DNA from: Octopus vulgaris
Lineage: Eukaryota
Assembly (NCBI GenBank): GCA_951406725.2
Contig: OX597815.1
Location: forward strand, 118,420,001 to 118,484,000
Direction of reading: 5' to 3'
DNA length: 64,000 nucleotides
Made by a program: the position numbers and the translations under genes. Below, in pieces: positions 11,832 through 25,415 of the stretch (positions are counted from its first letter, which is position 1; each line of letters starts with the position of its first letter). Under the pieces are notes generated by a model. That model saw nothing but the letters and a program-made list of their open reading frames with translations, had not been told where the DNA came from and searched no databases.

Positions 11832-14280
11832 TATTTCGTTACATTTGCCATGAAGGCAGTACATAGAGTAAAGTAGCTTTGCAGGCTGGACGAGGACATT
11901 AATGAAATGAATGATAATGAAAGAAAGATGATAAGGATGGGAGAAGACAAAAAGCGCTCGCCGACTTCTGCTTCTCTAAAACATTGTTCTTTAAAACCAA
12001 ACACAAAACGAGGTATTAAACCTCTTACAACTTTTACAACTTTTCAATTTTTGGACTTAACAGTCCATTACAAACAACAACATAGTTCAATAATTACATA
12101 TAATATAAATACAATACACAAAGCCCCTCCTCCCAGACCTGGCTTACACTTCCCTTAGGAATGCGCCAGCTCTAGGTCGGGGCCACTCAAGTCGTATCTA
12201 AACATGTCCTATCAAATATAAAAAATACATTATCACTTCTCCTTTCCTCCTCTTTCCGGACCTCCAGTCATATATCTAGCCGCCTGCAGAGCAGACCACG
12301 TTGACAGCCGGGGAGTTCAGAAAGAAAGCGAAGTGCCTATTATCAAATGTTTGTGTCACACAGTGCCACAATTTATGACTCATCCTCAAAATAATTTGTG
12401 CCCGCATCCTCTGCCATCCTCCACGCCTCTTTCAAAACCACATCGAGTTCCGTGTTAGCGTTGCCCTGGAACAAGCGATATTCCTCATTGAGCTCCTTTA
12501 GCTCAAACGTCACGTCGAACGTCGTGGCTTCCAAAGCTATCTGCGGAGGCCATTCGGGGTCCTGTGTGAAGGCTGAAGGTGCTTCCTTAAGGAGCTTTTC
12601 CATCACCTTTTCAATATCTCCGCCTCTATGGAAGAAGATCAATATATCGTCTTTCTCCGGGGGCGGGATATTCAATTCTTTCATTGGCGGCACAGTTCCC
12701 GCCAACGGTGTTTCTTCTCCTGTCGGTGGCACAACTCCAACCGATGTAGTTCCGGGACATTCCGGTACTATGTCACCGACTGCCGGCAATGTCCCGTTTC
12801 TCTTCCTCTTCCTCTTCCTCTTTTTTTTCTTTTCAACTGAGGGAGGGTGCGTCTCCTCCGTGGCCAGAAGATTCGCCTTTCCCTCCTCATCCCTAGGATC
12901 CTTTGGTGAGCACCCATTGTTGCTCACCTTCTTCCTCTTTCGGCCCCTGTTTGAGGAGTCCTCCGCTTCTTCGGCCGTCTTCATTCCCTCTTCATTCACT
13001 GCTTCGGGATCTTATTTTGTTCCCGGGGACAGTTTTTCTTTATATGGCCGGACTCCAGGCACCGATGACACCTGGGGGTGGGGGGATGCAACCCTCAAGT
13101 ATCACCGGGTACCTGCACCCGGCCATTTTCAAAAAATCTGGAAAAACCAGATTGGCTGATTGGGTCCAAAGGGTCAAAATTGCTTTTGACCCAACCCAAA
13201 CAGCCGCAGGAAGAACTTTCACATTAAGGAGCTTGGTCCCGCTGCCACCCAGACCCCGGCGGATAGTCTCCTCTATCCACTCGGGTTTTATCCCGGGTGG
13301 CAGCCCGCAGATCCAAGCTTTCGTCAACCTCTTCCCATGATACGTGGGAAGAAATAAAATTTCCTTACCCTCCAGGGGTTGACTAGCAAATTTGCGAGCC
13401 TCTTCAGGGGTGTCAAATAGCAACCACACCGTTGCATATCTGACACCCCTGGAAATGAATTTAATTGTTGGCAAATACTCTGCCAACTCCTTTTCAATTG
13501 CCGTCTTTTCGAATAGGGCGATGGTGTCGAGTGCCTTGGAGTAGGTTCTCAACACCACCGTCCTATCTTCACGGTCTTTTAACCACTTTTTAGGCGGTGT
13601 AATCTCCCATTCCAAAATTTTGTCATTTTTCATTGCCATGTTTCTTTTCTTTTTTTTTTAAATATATTCAAAATAAAACTTAAAAAGCGAGAAGAAAAAA
13701 AGAAATTAAAAGAAAGTCACAATAAACAAAAACGGAGAAAGTCAAATAAAGTTTAGAAGAAAGTCAATAGTTCAGGAACACAGAAAAAAAAATCTTTCGG
13801 CCATTCGGTACTCCCGGCCTAGGTTGAACACGGAACGCCACAACTGGAACACAACTTCCACAAAAATTGATATACAAATTGTTCAATCTTCGGAGGCAAA
13901 ACACTCCCCCATACAGCAGTTCTCACAATTATTAAAGTTCCTCAAAAGGCACAATACAAGCAATAATTCTCATAATTAAGTGAGAAAAATATTCACTCAA
14001 CGTAAACCGAAGACGAGGATACGCCCACCAAAAATGAATCCAATAGATTCTCAATGCACAAAAACAGCAGCCGCCGAGAGCAGGCGAAATTCTCCCAGAG
14101 CTGGGCACAATTTACGGAAAAAATAATTCGCACGCAATAAATTATGCCCAGCTCACAATAAACAAAATCACCTACCTCGACAACCTTCTCTGTTCTTTTT
14201 ATTCTTTTTAGAACGGAGCTCAACGCTCACGTCCTCAGCGTTCTGTGTCAAGAATTCGACTCCACGACCGGAACCGGAAG
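11832..14280 (-). mobile_element. ORF1-only (HAL1-like) non-LTR retroelement with 10-bp TSD CAAGCTTCTT
   Basis: TSD at 11822-11831 and 14281-14290; ~640-bp 5' UTR, gag-like ORF, ~540-bp 3' UTR ending AAATAAA; no endonuclease or RT seen. Confidence 0.8.
12373..13639 (-). pseudogene. LINE ORF1/gag-like protein (~420 aa) with CCHC zinc knuckle, two frameshifts
   Basis: ORFs 13040-13639 and 12373-12999 are bridged by a third frame reading RCHRCLESGHIKKNCP (CX2CX4HX4C, 13029-13070); basic, low-complexity C-terminal half. Confidence 0.8.
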
Positions 14281-14339
14281 CAAGCTTCTTACCACACAGC
14301 CACTCCTGCGCCTATATCAATATCTTAATAATAATGATG

Positions 14340-14757
14340 GTTTCAAATTTTAGCACAAGGCCCACAGTTTGGAGGAGGGGAGCTAAGTCGATTAAATCGA
14401 TCTCAACACTCATTTTATCGACTCGGAAGGATGAAAAGCAAATTTGACAACGGAATTTGAACTCAAGACGTAAAGACGGACGGAATGCCGTTAAGCATTT
14501 TGCTCGGCGTGTTAACTATTCTACCGGCTCACTGCCTATATAATAATCCTTTCTACTATAGGCACAACACCTGAAATTTGGGGGAGGGGCTAGTCGATTA
14601 CATTGACCACAGTACACAACTGGTACTTATTTTATCGATCCCGAAGGATCAAAGGTAAAGTCGACCTCGACGAAATTTGAACTCAGAACGTAAAGACGGA
14701 CGAAATGCCGCTAAGCATTTTCTCGACGCGCTAACGATTTTACTAGATCGCCGCCTT
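14340..14757 (-). mobile_element. two tandem old SINE family B-related copies
   Basis: TCGAC...GGATGAAA...GAATTTGAACTCA...TAAGCATTT motifs twice, as in the reverse complement of 20153-20387. Confidence 0.7.
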
Positions 14758-14777
14758 TATAATGATAATAATCTTTT

Positions 14778-17270
14778 CTTTATTAACCACTGACGGTTCA
14801 TGTAAAACGACTGGGAACTGTACAGGACAGTACAAAACAAATAGAGTGCGACTGAAACTTGCAAATAAAGAATAACAAAGAAACTTCTAACAAGTAAGAC
14901 CCCACAAAAGAGGGAAACTTCCAAAGGCTGCTCGTGAAAAAACTCACAAAAACTCCAACCGCCCTAACCTCTAGGGCAAGTGCCCTCTCCACTTCATCTA
15001 CCCTCGATCATGAGGGGCATGCTTAGAGTAAGCCCATTCAATCGGGCCATTCGCGTTACATTCACTTACCTTTTAACAGGATTGTTGGGAGGTATCCTTC
15101 TCCAGCTTGTTTGGGTCCTTTCTTTCCAGTGGCACCGCTCCTCGAGTTACAGAACTAGAAATTTTCCTGTTCTGTTGCCAGTTGCAGTAGATATCTGCTA
15201 AGAGACTGCCAAGTAAGTCTGGCATGTAAAAGTAAAGCTCATAAGTCAGACCATCCAGACCAGGTGATTTACTCCCCGTGCGGCCCATCATCGCATCCTG
15301 TTTTTCCACGACTGTTATCAGCATTTTACAACGCTCTATCCACCTTGCTGAGAGTCGTGACATGCATCGAGGTAGGCATTGAAGTCTATCCTGCGTTCCG
15401 GACCGACATTCGTACCAAACAGTCAGGGGAAGTGTCACTGATATGCCGCTCGGGCTCGAGTCCGATGCGCCCATTTTCGTTCACCAAAGACCGAATTGTG
15501 ACTTTGTTGCCACGTTGCGCTCTGCCACTCGGATCCATCGAGCGGCTTTCGTTTCTTCTTGTCTTAGAGCATGCAAATTAGCTCTAACAATGCAACCTTC
15601 GTGTTTAGCGTTCAAGAATTGGTTCACGGCCAATCTCATGGCCTGCACATCGGTTGCAATGCCTTTCTTAAATGCCTTTTCAAAGGTTCTAAGTGACCTT
15701 CTATTTTATTTATTTCTATCACTAATGCCTTACTAAACCTGACTGATTCTACTCTAATTACCTTTTTCAGAGCAAACCACCATTTGTTGTTGACGATTGC
15801 CTCTTCAACGCCCGCTTAACTAATTCTCTAATCCGGTCTCTGTAAGCTTGGCACGTTGGGTTTGGCATTGGGCTTGGCGCGTTCAGTTTCCAGTAACTGT
15901 GTCCCTGCCTTCGAAGCTTACCTGGATCGACCATACAGATCATAAATTTCTGGTCTGTGTAGCCGATGAGTTTGAAAAGAGGGCAACTTATACTATCCTT
16001 ATCTACTGGCCTACACAATACCCTATCTAGAAATGACCTGGATGACCCGATGAAGTTCGTGCATATCCACATTGGCACATTCAGTCCGTACCTTTTAGAC
16101 ACTTAGAAGTGTCTGAGCAGGTTTATGAGGCTCTCACCACCCCTCTTCTATCTCCTTGCTTCACACAGTCCAAACGTGACTTTAAGACGGCGTTCCGATC
16201 GCCCACTAACACTAAAGGTCGAGACGACCCTAGGAAAATCTCCTGACGTCTGAAGAAATCCAGATGTCCTGTTCTTGTCGGAACATAAACAATCACCAGT
16301 TTGAGGGCACCCCCGTCACTGCTGTTCACATCCAGGATCTCCAACTTACCTTCTGAGTCCAGGAAGGTAGTCCTTATCTTGAGATCTAGACATCTCCGGA
16401 ACAACACCGCAGTTCCAAACGCGCCCCACACCCCTTCCCGGTTGACATGGTATGTATTACTGTGTAGTTAATGATATGGAAACCATATATGCTCTTGAGT
16501 TCTTTGTTCTATATGTTGCTGGTGCTTCCACTATTGTTGTTCTTGTTGTTGCTGATGCTACTGCTGTCAGTGCTGCTGTAATTGCTGTTACTGATACTGT
16601 TGTTTTTGGTGCTGTTGCCGTTGCTGTGGTGACGATGGCGTCAGCAAAAGCGGTAGTCTCCCTTCTCTCTTTTGTTGTGGGCAAAAGGCCTTCTGATGGT
16701 TCGTGTCCCCACACAGATAACACCTCCGCCTTTTACTCTCAATGGTCACGTGGAGGTTGGTGTTTTCTGATCGATTAATGACGTCTGGGATTGCCTCTAA
16801 ACTTTCGTAATCCATTTACAGCCACGACTCCAAACCTTATCCCAACCAGTTTTGTTTTGGGAGTTTCCACACCTGTAGGTTGTTTGTTTTGTCCTCTATA
16901 TCCAGAACAGTTTCAACCAACCAGCAGATGTTTATTTCTGATGGTATATTAGGATTTATATTTTCGCTACCCAACGACCCGGTTATATGGGTACAAGAAG
17001 CAGATCTTCATTTTTTAGAATCAAAGTACTTCCTTGCCCCTACTCCTCCGTGGTAAATCTCACCTCCACAGTGCCATATCGCTTTCTCTTGCAACGTAGG
17101 TTTTTTTCTTCTACACTGGACATAGACACTTTTCAATTTGTTATTTTGTCGGTCGTTTCAATCTACGACTTTTAACTCCTATTGTTTTATATGTTATTGT
17201 TTTTCTCAGTGTGCCTTGTACAGTGGCTTCGGGGATGTTGAAAGTTACTCATCTTCCATTTTTTTTAATA
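14778..17270 (-). mobile_element. decayed, internally deleted Tx1/L1-type LINE (ORF1 with CCHC, APE endonuclease, start of RT)
   Basis: RRCYLCGDTNHQKAFCP; GTAVLF...IVYVP...LVLVGDRNAVL; LDRVL...YTDQK...SYWKLN; KSPGLDGLTYELY; 3' end AATAAA. Confidence 0.85.
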
Positions 17271-17299
17271 TGGTTTTTGCATCGTTTAAATCCGCTGGT

Positions 17300-17547
17300 G
17301 GAGGCGCGTGACTTAATGGTTAAGGTGTCAGCATCATGATCGTAAGATTGTGGTTTCGATTCCTGAACCGGGCGACGCGTTATGTTCTTGAGCAAAACAC
17401 ATCATTTCACGTTGCTCCAGTTCACCCAGCTGGCAAAAATGAGTAACACTGCGATGGACCGGCGTCCTGTCCAGCTGGGGAACGCATACGCCATTGAAAC
17501 TGGGAAACCGGGCCCATGAGCCTGGCTAGGCTTTAAAAGGGCGCATT
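17300..17547 (+). mobile_element. SINE family C (tRNA-like head GGAGGCGCGTG...GGTTTCGATTCC)
   Basis: Highly similar to 60360-60590. Confidence 0.8.
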
Positions 17548-18457
17548 TATAAATTTCTTTATTTAAATTCTCAGAGCAGTGCCAGTCACCTAGATACATT
17601 GTATATCCGACAGTATGATAGGGATACCCTCTACGTATATTGACGCGGCTCTTCTGCATCCTAGCTAATACGCATGATACTTTTTGCCATTTGCAATGTT
17701 TACTTTTGAGGACATATCGACCATCTTCATTCTTACTGCTCTCCAACCAAAGTAGATTAGCATGGAGGTCAAGTTCGTCCCTCTTTAGAGTTTTGTGGAA
17801 TACTTCCTGGCCTCATTCTCAGCTTTATGGTGCCAATTTTTACCCCTTAGTAACCAACATTTTGATACCCCAGATTGATCTGAGGTACTTTTCTATTTGC
17901 ATGCTATACTTTCTGACTTTCCAGTCTTATACTTTTCGTAAACGATCATTTTCTTATTGTTTGGATGGATTCTGGGTTATTTAATGACATATTTTAGCTC
18001 GAAGTCCGAGGAGGTTTTCAGCTCTTTTTAAATCCCGGGTGTATAATACCATACGACGTTAGTGAAACTGCCATCGATCGATTTGTTAATAGTAGTATTT
18101 TCAATTTTTGTTGTGTTTGTGTTAATGGTGGTTGTGATGTCGGAGACGGTAGTAATTGTGATGTTGGAATTTGCAGCTGTGTTGAAGTGGCAATTTAATT
18201 TCTAGTCTTCTTGCTTTTTACTTTCCTGGTTGTTATTGTTTTCATTTTCATTCTCGTTGTTATTCTTGTTTCGGGCGACATTAGGCGTGGTGATGACGGG
18301 GATTATGATGGTGGTACTCTTTCAAATTATAATCTCTCTTTTCTGTGTTTCTGTCAAATAATTCGAAGCAATGCTTTATTAAAAAATTTTGATAATAATA
18401 TACTATATCTTGTGAGGCTGATGTTATAATGCACGCACGCACACACACACACGTACA

Positions 18458-18516
<59 letters not shown>

Positions 18517-18711
18517 ACATGAAAGCCTTTAAAATTGGAAATTACAGACGATCCAAATATTATCTTTAGTAAAATAAATTAGAATTTGAAAGTCTTCTTA
18601 GATGACCGGTCCAGACATACTTGCCACCTCATCAGAGATGTGCTCTTTCTTTGGTTAACAGATAACTCTCTCTCTTTCTCTCTCTCTCTCTCTCGCACAC
18701 ACACACACATA

Positions 18712-18749
<38 letters not shown>

Positions 18750-18751
<2 letters not shown>

Positions 18752-20150
18752 ATATATATCTATATTTTGAGATGTTTGAACTTCTTGTCGTACTTAAGGA
18801 GGCATCAAATGACAAAGAACCTAGTACAAACCTCTTTCTAGTAAACAAATCGCCCAAATATGGAGAAGAAGCACCTCAAGCAGCATTCGTTGACATATAC
18901 AACAAGGTTCTCTTAACAAATGTGCCGCCTAGGGAATGGAGGTCATCAGTCATATGAAAGGTATCTGTGACAATCACCTTTCAACTATCGCAAAACTTCT
19001 TTTATATACTTCTCTTAAATGGTGTACGTGCAAAGATAAAGATGTAAGTGTCTACTAGAGTGGCTTCAGAAAGAACTGTAGTTGCATTGAACACATTCAC
19101 ACGCCGAAAAGTTTTTTGGAGACCTGCGTTGAGTAGTGTCTCCCAAGAGCTGCGCTGTTTATAGACTTTCGAAAACTATTCGACCGCATCGACAGAACCG
19201 CTATGTTTGCGATTCTTGAAAGGATAGGGATACCATCGAAGATAACATTGGCAGTTAGATATCTTTATGAATACCAAACAGCATATGTTCTTGTTAATGG
19301 AAAACATTCTTCTGGCTTCGCACTTCATAGCGGAATTCTGCAAGATGATATTTTAACACCTTATCTATCTTTGGTGGTTATGGATCATGTGATGAAAGTT
19401 GCAACCCATACGGAAGATAATACCAGAATCACATAAGTTGGTCTATCTTACATTTGCAGATGATATTGTTCTCTTTGCTCCTTACCCCATAGAAGCACAG
19501 GACTACCTTGATAGTGTCATGCAAGAAGCTAAGACTGTGGGGCTAAAAATAAACGAATCGAGGACAGAATACATCACCATTAATATAAACAGCGACAAAA
19601 CAACAGGCGTCCTGGCAAATGGAAAACAGCTATCCAGGGTTGATAAATTCACTTACCTAGGATCGACTGTAACTGATCTCTCTCACAACTCAAACTGTGA
19701 CACCATAGACAGTGGGAGAGCGGCAAGTGAAACAATGTCACAGCTTCAACACCTCTGGTCGTCTGACATCAACACAACAATGAAGATAAAGATGGACAAA
19801 ACTTTCGACTTTTACATATGGATGAGAAACATGGGTAACAGGCAAAAAACCGACAAAGGACCATGGTGAATACTTTTACACAAGAAACCTAAGGAAAATA
19901 TATCAGATATCTTATAGCGACCACGTTTCCAATGATACATTGTGCCAAATGGCTGACGAGAATCAAATGAGTACAGGGATAAAGGAACGCCGGCTGAAAT
20001 AGGTTGGTCACCAACTGCAACACCCACCCAATGAATGCTATCAACAGTGTCTGCTGTTTAACACCCTACAAAGTGGAAAGAGCGAGAGGAAACAACCAAG
20101 AACGACTTGCCACCGTATGATTCGTGCAGACTGCAGGATGTTGTCGCTCA
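18750..20150 (+). pseudogene. decayed RTE-clade LINE reverse transcriptase
   Basis: LFIDFRKLFDRIDR; SGILQDDILTPYL; YLTFADDIVL; VGLKINESRTEY; VDKFTYLGS; many stops and frameshifts. Confidence 0.85.
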
Positions 20151-20152
20151 AT

Positions 20153-20387
20153 GCGGCGAGCTGGCAGAAACGTTAGCACGCCGGGCGAAATGCGTAGCCG
20201 TATTTCATCTGCCGCTACGTTCTGAGTTCAAATTCCGCCGAGGTCGACTTTGCCTTTCATCCTTTCGGGGTCGATAAATTAAGTACCAGTTACACACTGG
20301 GGTAGATGTAATCGACTTAATCCGTTTGTCTGTCCTTGTTTGTCCCCTCTGTGTTTATCCCCTTGTGGGTAGTAAAAAAATAGAAAT
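20153..20387 (+). mobile_element. SINE family B, young copy (GCGGCGAGCTGGCAGAAACGTTAGCACGCC...)
   Basis: Near-identical copies at 22017-22245(-), 33291-33518(-), 35437-35850(+), 59541-59690(-); older relatives at ~750-910, 22830-23585, 29805-30350, 36100-36270, 37055-37238, 62080-62280, 63947-64000. Confidence 0.85.
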
Positions 20388-21144
20388 ACTTCTAGCAGCT
20401 GAAGGTGGAAATGAGTGGAAAGCCTTATAAACTATGTCTGCCAATGACTGACTATATCCGTTTTTTTCCTGTTATTCATTTGTTGAATTTCGAATAATAA
20501 GTATTGATTGATTGATATATATCGCAATTAAAATTAGTAGTTTTCTATATAGCTAAAGTATAAAGGGCACATCCTCTCTAATGAGGTAACAATTATTTCT
20601 GGACCGGATCTCTGAGTAGATTTCTAGCTATATTTTATTTTACTAAAGACAATATTTGGATGTTTTCATATCGCCTGTAATTTCCACTTTCAAGGGCTTT
20701 CAAATAAATAAAGGAACATGTTTTTTCTCGTTATACATGTTTCAGATATATCGGAAAGATGTTCCTAAGTGTAAAAGAATTTCTCCCCACATATTCATCC
20801 CTTAAAGCAGAAAGTGTTTCTAATCTGGACTGAATGTTGGAAAATACTTTTTAACACTCACTGGCTTCAACACTATCAGAAGACATTAGGAAAAAGTTGA
20901 GTCCCACAGTGCAGTACTTTGAGCAAGTGTCAGCACCGGCGAAACAGTTAGGAAACCAGTCGTATATGTGTGTGTGTTTTTGTGGTTGTCACCCATCACC
21001 GCTTAACAATCGGAGCTGGTTTGTTTATTTCTCCATATAAAGCGTTTCCGCAAAGTGACATAGTCTTTTAAAAAATAAGTATTGGAGTTGATTTGTTCGA
21101 ATGAACACTTAAAGCAGTTCAATGTCTGAAACAAGTAAAAGATA

Positions 21145-21279
<135 letters not shown>

Positions 21280-22016
21280 CCCGAAATTATAGCAGGAGAC
21301 ACTTGCCCAAATGTCACGCAGTGGGACTGAACCCGAAACCAGATGGTTGCAAAGCGAGCTTCTTTACCACACGGCCATCCTTGCAGGGCTAGGACCGAAA
21401 ACTTGATGCATTGTTAGAGGTTGATAAGATTCCAGGACTTCATATGATAATATCGACTCCTTTCTTGTCTGTATTATTATCGATGGAATTTATTTGTTAT
21501 CAAACACTGCCGTTTGGTTAAAATAACAAAAAATTATTAGAATAGTTTGTTAAAAAAAATGGTATTTCATCATTCAAATTCTAGAAGTAGTCAGAAAAAG
21601 AAGCATGAAATAACTTGCAAAATAGTAACATCTTGGAATTGGTTCAGTAAAGAGATTAGAAAATGTAATTGTAGATGTGGAGGCGTTAATAGTTTTATCT
21701 AAACAGTCAATCAGTGGAAGAGTCATATGTGTTAGTACAGAAACACACCCAGAATGATCCCAAGATAACAAAACACATGACAGAGAACTGTACCAAATGC
21801 TACAAAGCAACCAACTCGATTTATCTTACTTTGTATCAAATATCACCGTTTATTAGATAATTCTTTCTTTCTATTATATGCACAAGGCTTGAATATGGGA
21901 CAGATGAGCTAGTCGGTCACATCGCTACAAACGCACAACTGGCACTTATTTTATCGACCTCGAAAACATGAAACACAAGGTTGACCTGGGTGGTATTTGA
22001 ATTCAGAACATACATA

Positions 22017-22245
22017 CTTCTTTATCACCCACAAGGGGCTAAATACAAAGGGGACAAACATGGACAAACAAACGGATTAAGTCGATTATATCGACCCCAG
22101 TGCGTAACTAGTACTTGATTTATCGACCCCGAAAGGATGAAAGGCAAAGTCGACCTCGGCGGAATTTGAACTCAGATCGTAACGGCAGACGAAATACGGC
22201 TACGCATTTCGCCCGGCGTGCTAACGTTTCTGCCAGCTCGCCGCC
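22017..22245 (-). mobile_element. SINE family B, young copy inserted in an older B-like copy
   Basis: Reverse complement of 20153-20387; AATTCAGAAC present on both sides. Confidence 0.85.
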
Positions 22246-23678
22246 TTAATTCAGAACTACAGAGCTGAAAGAAATGCTGAGTGCTTAAGGTTCTGATAGC
22301 TCACCGCCTTTAAGATAATAAAAGGAATAATAATTTCTTATTCTGAAATTATCTAGTAGGAAGAGTTACTCGTAGTTAACTATAATACTCCATTATAGCT
22401 ATGTATTTTATCCATTACTTAAGTTGCTTCTAGGGGGATAAAAACTTTAAAACACTGGACCAGCTACAAGAAAACTTCTAGTCTGACTATCAGCTAACTA
22501 TACTGACTTCATTATCAATTGAAATAAACAACAGCGATGTTTTGACCCTCGTAGAAACTTCAAGAACTACACAGAGGTTTTACTAGCTCTTCTGCATTCA
22601 TCGCAATATTGGATACCTTCCCATATCATCAGCAGGTATCTCAGGATCACAAGCATTTTGTTCCATGGCCTCTATACTTCGCCTGAGAGGAGCAGTGAGG
22701 AATAAATTAGTCTTTACTTGCAGAAGGGTTTCACTTTCCGTTCTCGTATCAATCGTAACCACCTCGAGCTGGTTTCAGCTGTTGTGCTCCTTAGTGGCTT
22801 TTCTTCAGCTCTTTGAATTTCAGAGAAATTCAGTAGGAGGGTTAGTCGATTAAATCGACCCCAGTGTTTGATTAGTACTTTATTTTATCACGTCAGGAGA
22901 GATGGAAGGCATAGCTGATGTCGATGGGATTTGAATTCAGTACGTAAAAGCCGTAATTAAATTCGGCAAGACATTTTCCCGATGCTTCAACGGTTCTGCC
23001 AATGCATTGCTTTTTCTAAAATACAATAAGATATAATGAAAGATGTTAATCATGGTGGGATATAAAATGTTCATTGAAAAATTATCAGTCCAATTAAAAA
23101 GTCCAATGTCGTTTTAAAATTGGCATTTATAATTCTTTCTGATTTTGACTCTAGGCTAGCAATTTTAGGGGAAGGGGTAAGTCCATTACATCGACACTAG
23201 TGGTATCGATACTGATTTTATCAACGGCGAAAGCATGAAAAGCAAAGTCATCCTCAGCAGAATTTGAGCTCAACACGTAAGGAGCTGAAAGAAATGCTGC
23301 TAAGCATTTTCCCCGACACGCTAACTATTCTGCCAACTTAACGCCTTAAAAAAAAGTATGCATATAATCTTTCTTATTATAGGCACAAGGCCAGAAATGT
23401 TTTTGGGTGGAGAGCACTGGTTGTTTGCATGTACCCCAGAGTCCAGCTGTTACTCATTCTATCGACCTCGAAAGTGTGATAGGCAAAGACGACCTCGGCA
23501 TCATTTAAACTCAGAACGTAAAACCAGAAGAAATGTGGCTAAGGAGTTTGTCCAGTGCGCTAACGGTTCTGACAGTTCGCAGCCTTCAAAATAGTTACAT
23601 ATAAAGGACGTTATTCTAATGACTGAGAGCATACAAGAGACCCGGGATATTTGTTTTCTGTATCATATCTCACGCATT

Positions 23679-23746
<68 letters not shown>

Positions 23747-24937
23747 AATAAATTTTGTTTTTTACTCTAGTCCATACGAAACAAGAACGAAAGCATGAAC
23801 TAACGGAGATTGTATCTGATGTTATTTAATACTAGGAATATGTAGCTTTTTTTAAAAAAAAAAAACTCATGTGAAATATGTTGAAATTAAAGAAGACTGA
23901 AATTAGATCAAGGTTGTTAAACTAAAACACTTGTTGCTCAATGGTAAAATATGTAACATTTGTGTTTTTTACCGCTTAGCGTCGTCATTTCTATTTTGGA
24001 ATGAAATACTGACTCTTATTTAGCCCTCCCCCGTCTTCATACATCTCTTTCTCCACTACTCCAGACATATTTTCTACTTTATATAATTGTTTGTTTGCAT
24101 ATTTTTGTCTCAAATTTAATTATGATTTTATCAAATTTAATATGCTCATATTCTTTTTTCATTTTTTAAAACTTTATGTACTTTTTATTCTGCCCTCCAG
24201 TTTTTCTCGTTATATTTTCCAACTTCCACATTTACACCCAATGTAAATCTTCATACGTGTAACTAATTTAGATGTGCTTGCATGTTCGCATATACCAAGA
24301 TACGAATGAGGGAAGCCAACCATATTTCTTTCTTTAAAAATGAGAACACTCCTTTTTGGACTTCGTCTATCATTATTTGGAAATAACACTATATATCTTT
24401 TCTTCGTAAAATTTTATTACAAACTTAAATGATTAAATTATAAATAAAACTTTTTTTTTTTTACTAAAAATAACTAAATGGTTCGAGAAATCTGCTGCAC
24501 TAGAAACTCTTTTAATATTCCCTTATGTTGAGTTAAATGTAAGGTCTACTAGAGCTGTACAGCATAAGTTATATGTGTTTGTGTGTGAGTGCTTTAATAG
24601 ACTAAGAAACAGATGTTAGGTTAAACAAATAACGAGTGAGTTTTTTTATATATACTTTTAATTATTTTTTCAGAGAAATTTAAAATGATATTTTTTTTGC
24701 TGAAGTACGTATATGTACACAGTGTGTGTGTGTGCGCGCGCGCGTGTGTGTGTGTGTGAATTCCACATATTGTGGAAACGGATGCTCTAGGTGCTCGACG
24801 AATTACTGTACTGGTTCCAGCACTTCATAGTAAGCTTTACACACACACACACACACATGCGCACGCGCACGCACACGTACACATTCGCGCACGCACACAC
24901 ACACACACATACACACATGTGCACACGAATACACACA

Positions 24938-25145
24938 GGCGCAATGGCCTAGTGGTTAGGGCAGCGGACTCGCGGTCGCAGGATCGCGGTTTCGATTCTC
25001 AGACCGGGCGTTGTGTGTGTTTATTGAGCGAAAACACCTAAAAGCTCTACGAGGCTCCGGCAGGGGGTGGTGATCCCTGCTGTACTCTTTCACCACAATG
25101 GCGGTGCCCCAGCATGGCCACAGCTCAAGAGCTGAAACTGGAAAA
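24938..25145 (+). mobile_element. tRNA-derived SINE with Arg-like head and family-A-type tail
   Basis: GGCGCAATGGCCTAGTGGTTAGGGCAGCGGACTCGCGG head; tail GGCGGTGCCCCAGCATGGCCACAGC...GCTGAAAC. Confidence 0.75.
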
Positions 25146-25415
25146 ACAAAAAACAAAAAACAAAAAAACATACGCACATACACACACATGCGCGTACACA
25201 CACATGCGCGCACACACACACACATACACACACATGCACGCGCGTACACATTGTTTTAAACAGTAAATGTATACAAATGTAAGTTTCTAAAATCTTCCTA
25301 AGCTAAAAAAACTGTAGGGACAAGGAAGTAAAGATTTATTCCAGCGCATAAAACTAATGTCAACCACTACAAGAACCCATTGAAATAACACATAGAATGT
25401 AAACCATTATATTAA

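Larger units (their letters stand above)
6530..14312 (-). mobile_element. single SINE family A copy split into three pieces (6530-6730, 11690-11831, 14281-14312) by nested insertions
   Basis: The three pieces are collinear with the reverse complement of 5810-6226 and resume where the previous piece stopped. Confidence 0.85.

Noticed and set aside
12398-13159. 253-aa plus-strand ORF
   Set aside because: Antisense shadow of the minus-strand ORF1; no recognisable motifs
17580-18060. Possible decayed LINE coding fragment
   Set aside because: No diagnostic motif recoverable by eye
24938-25010. tRNA-Arg gene
   Set aside because: No proper acceptor stem, and it continues into SINE body; other tRNA-like heads rejected likewise
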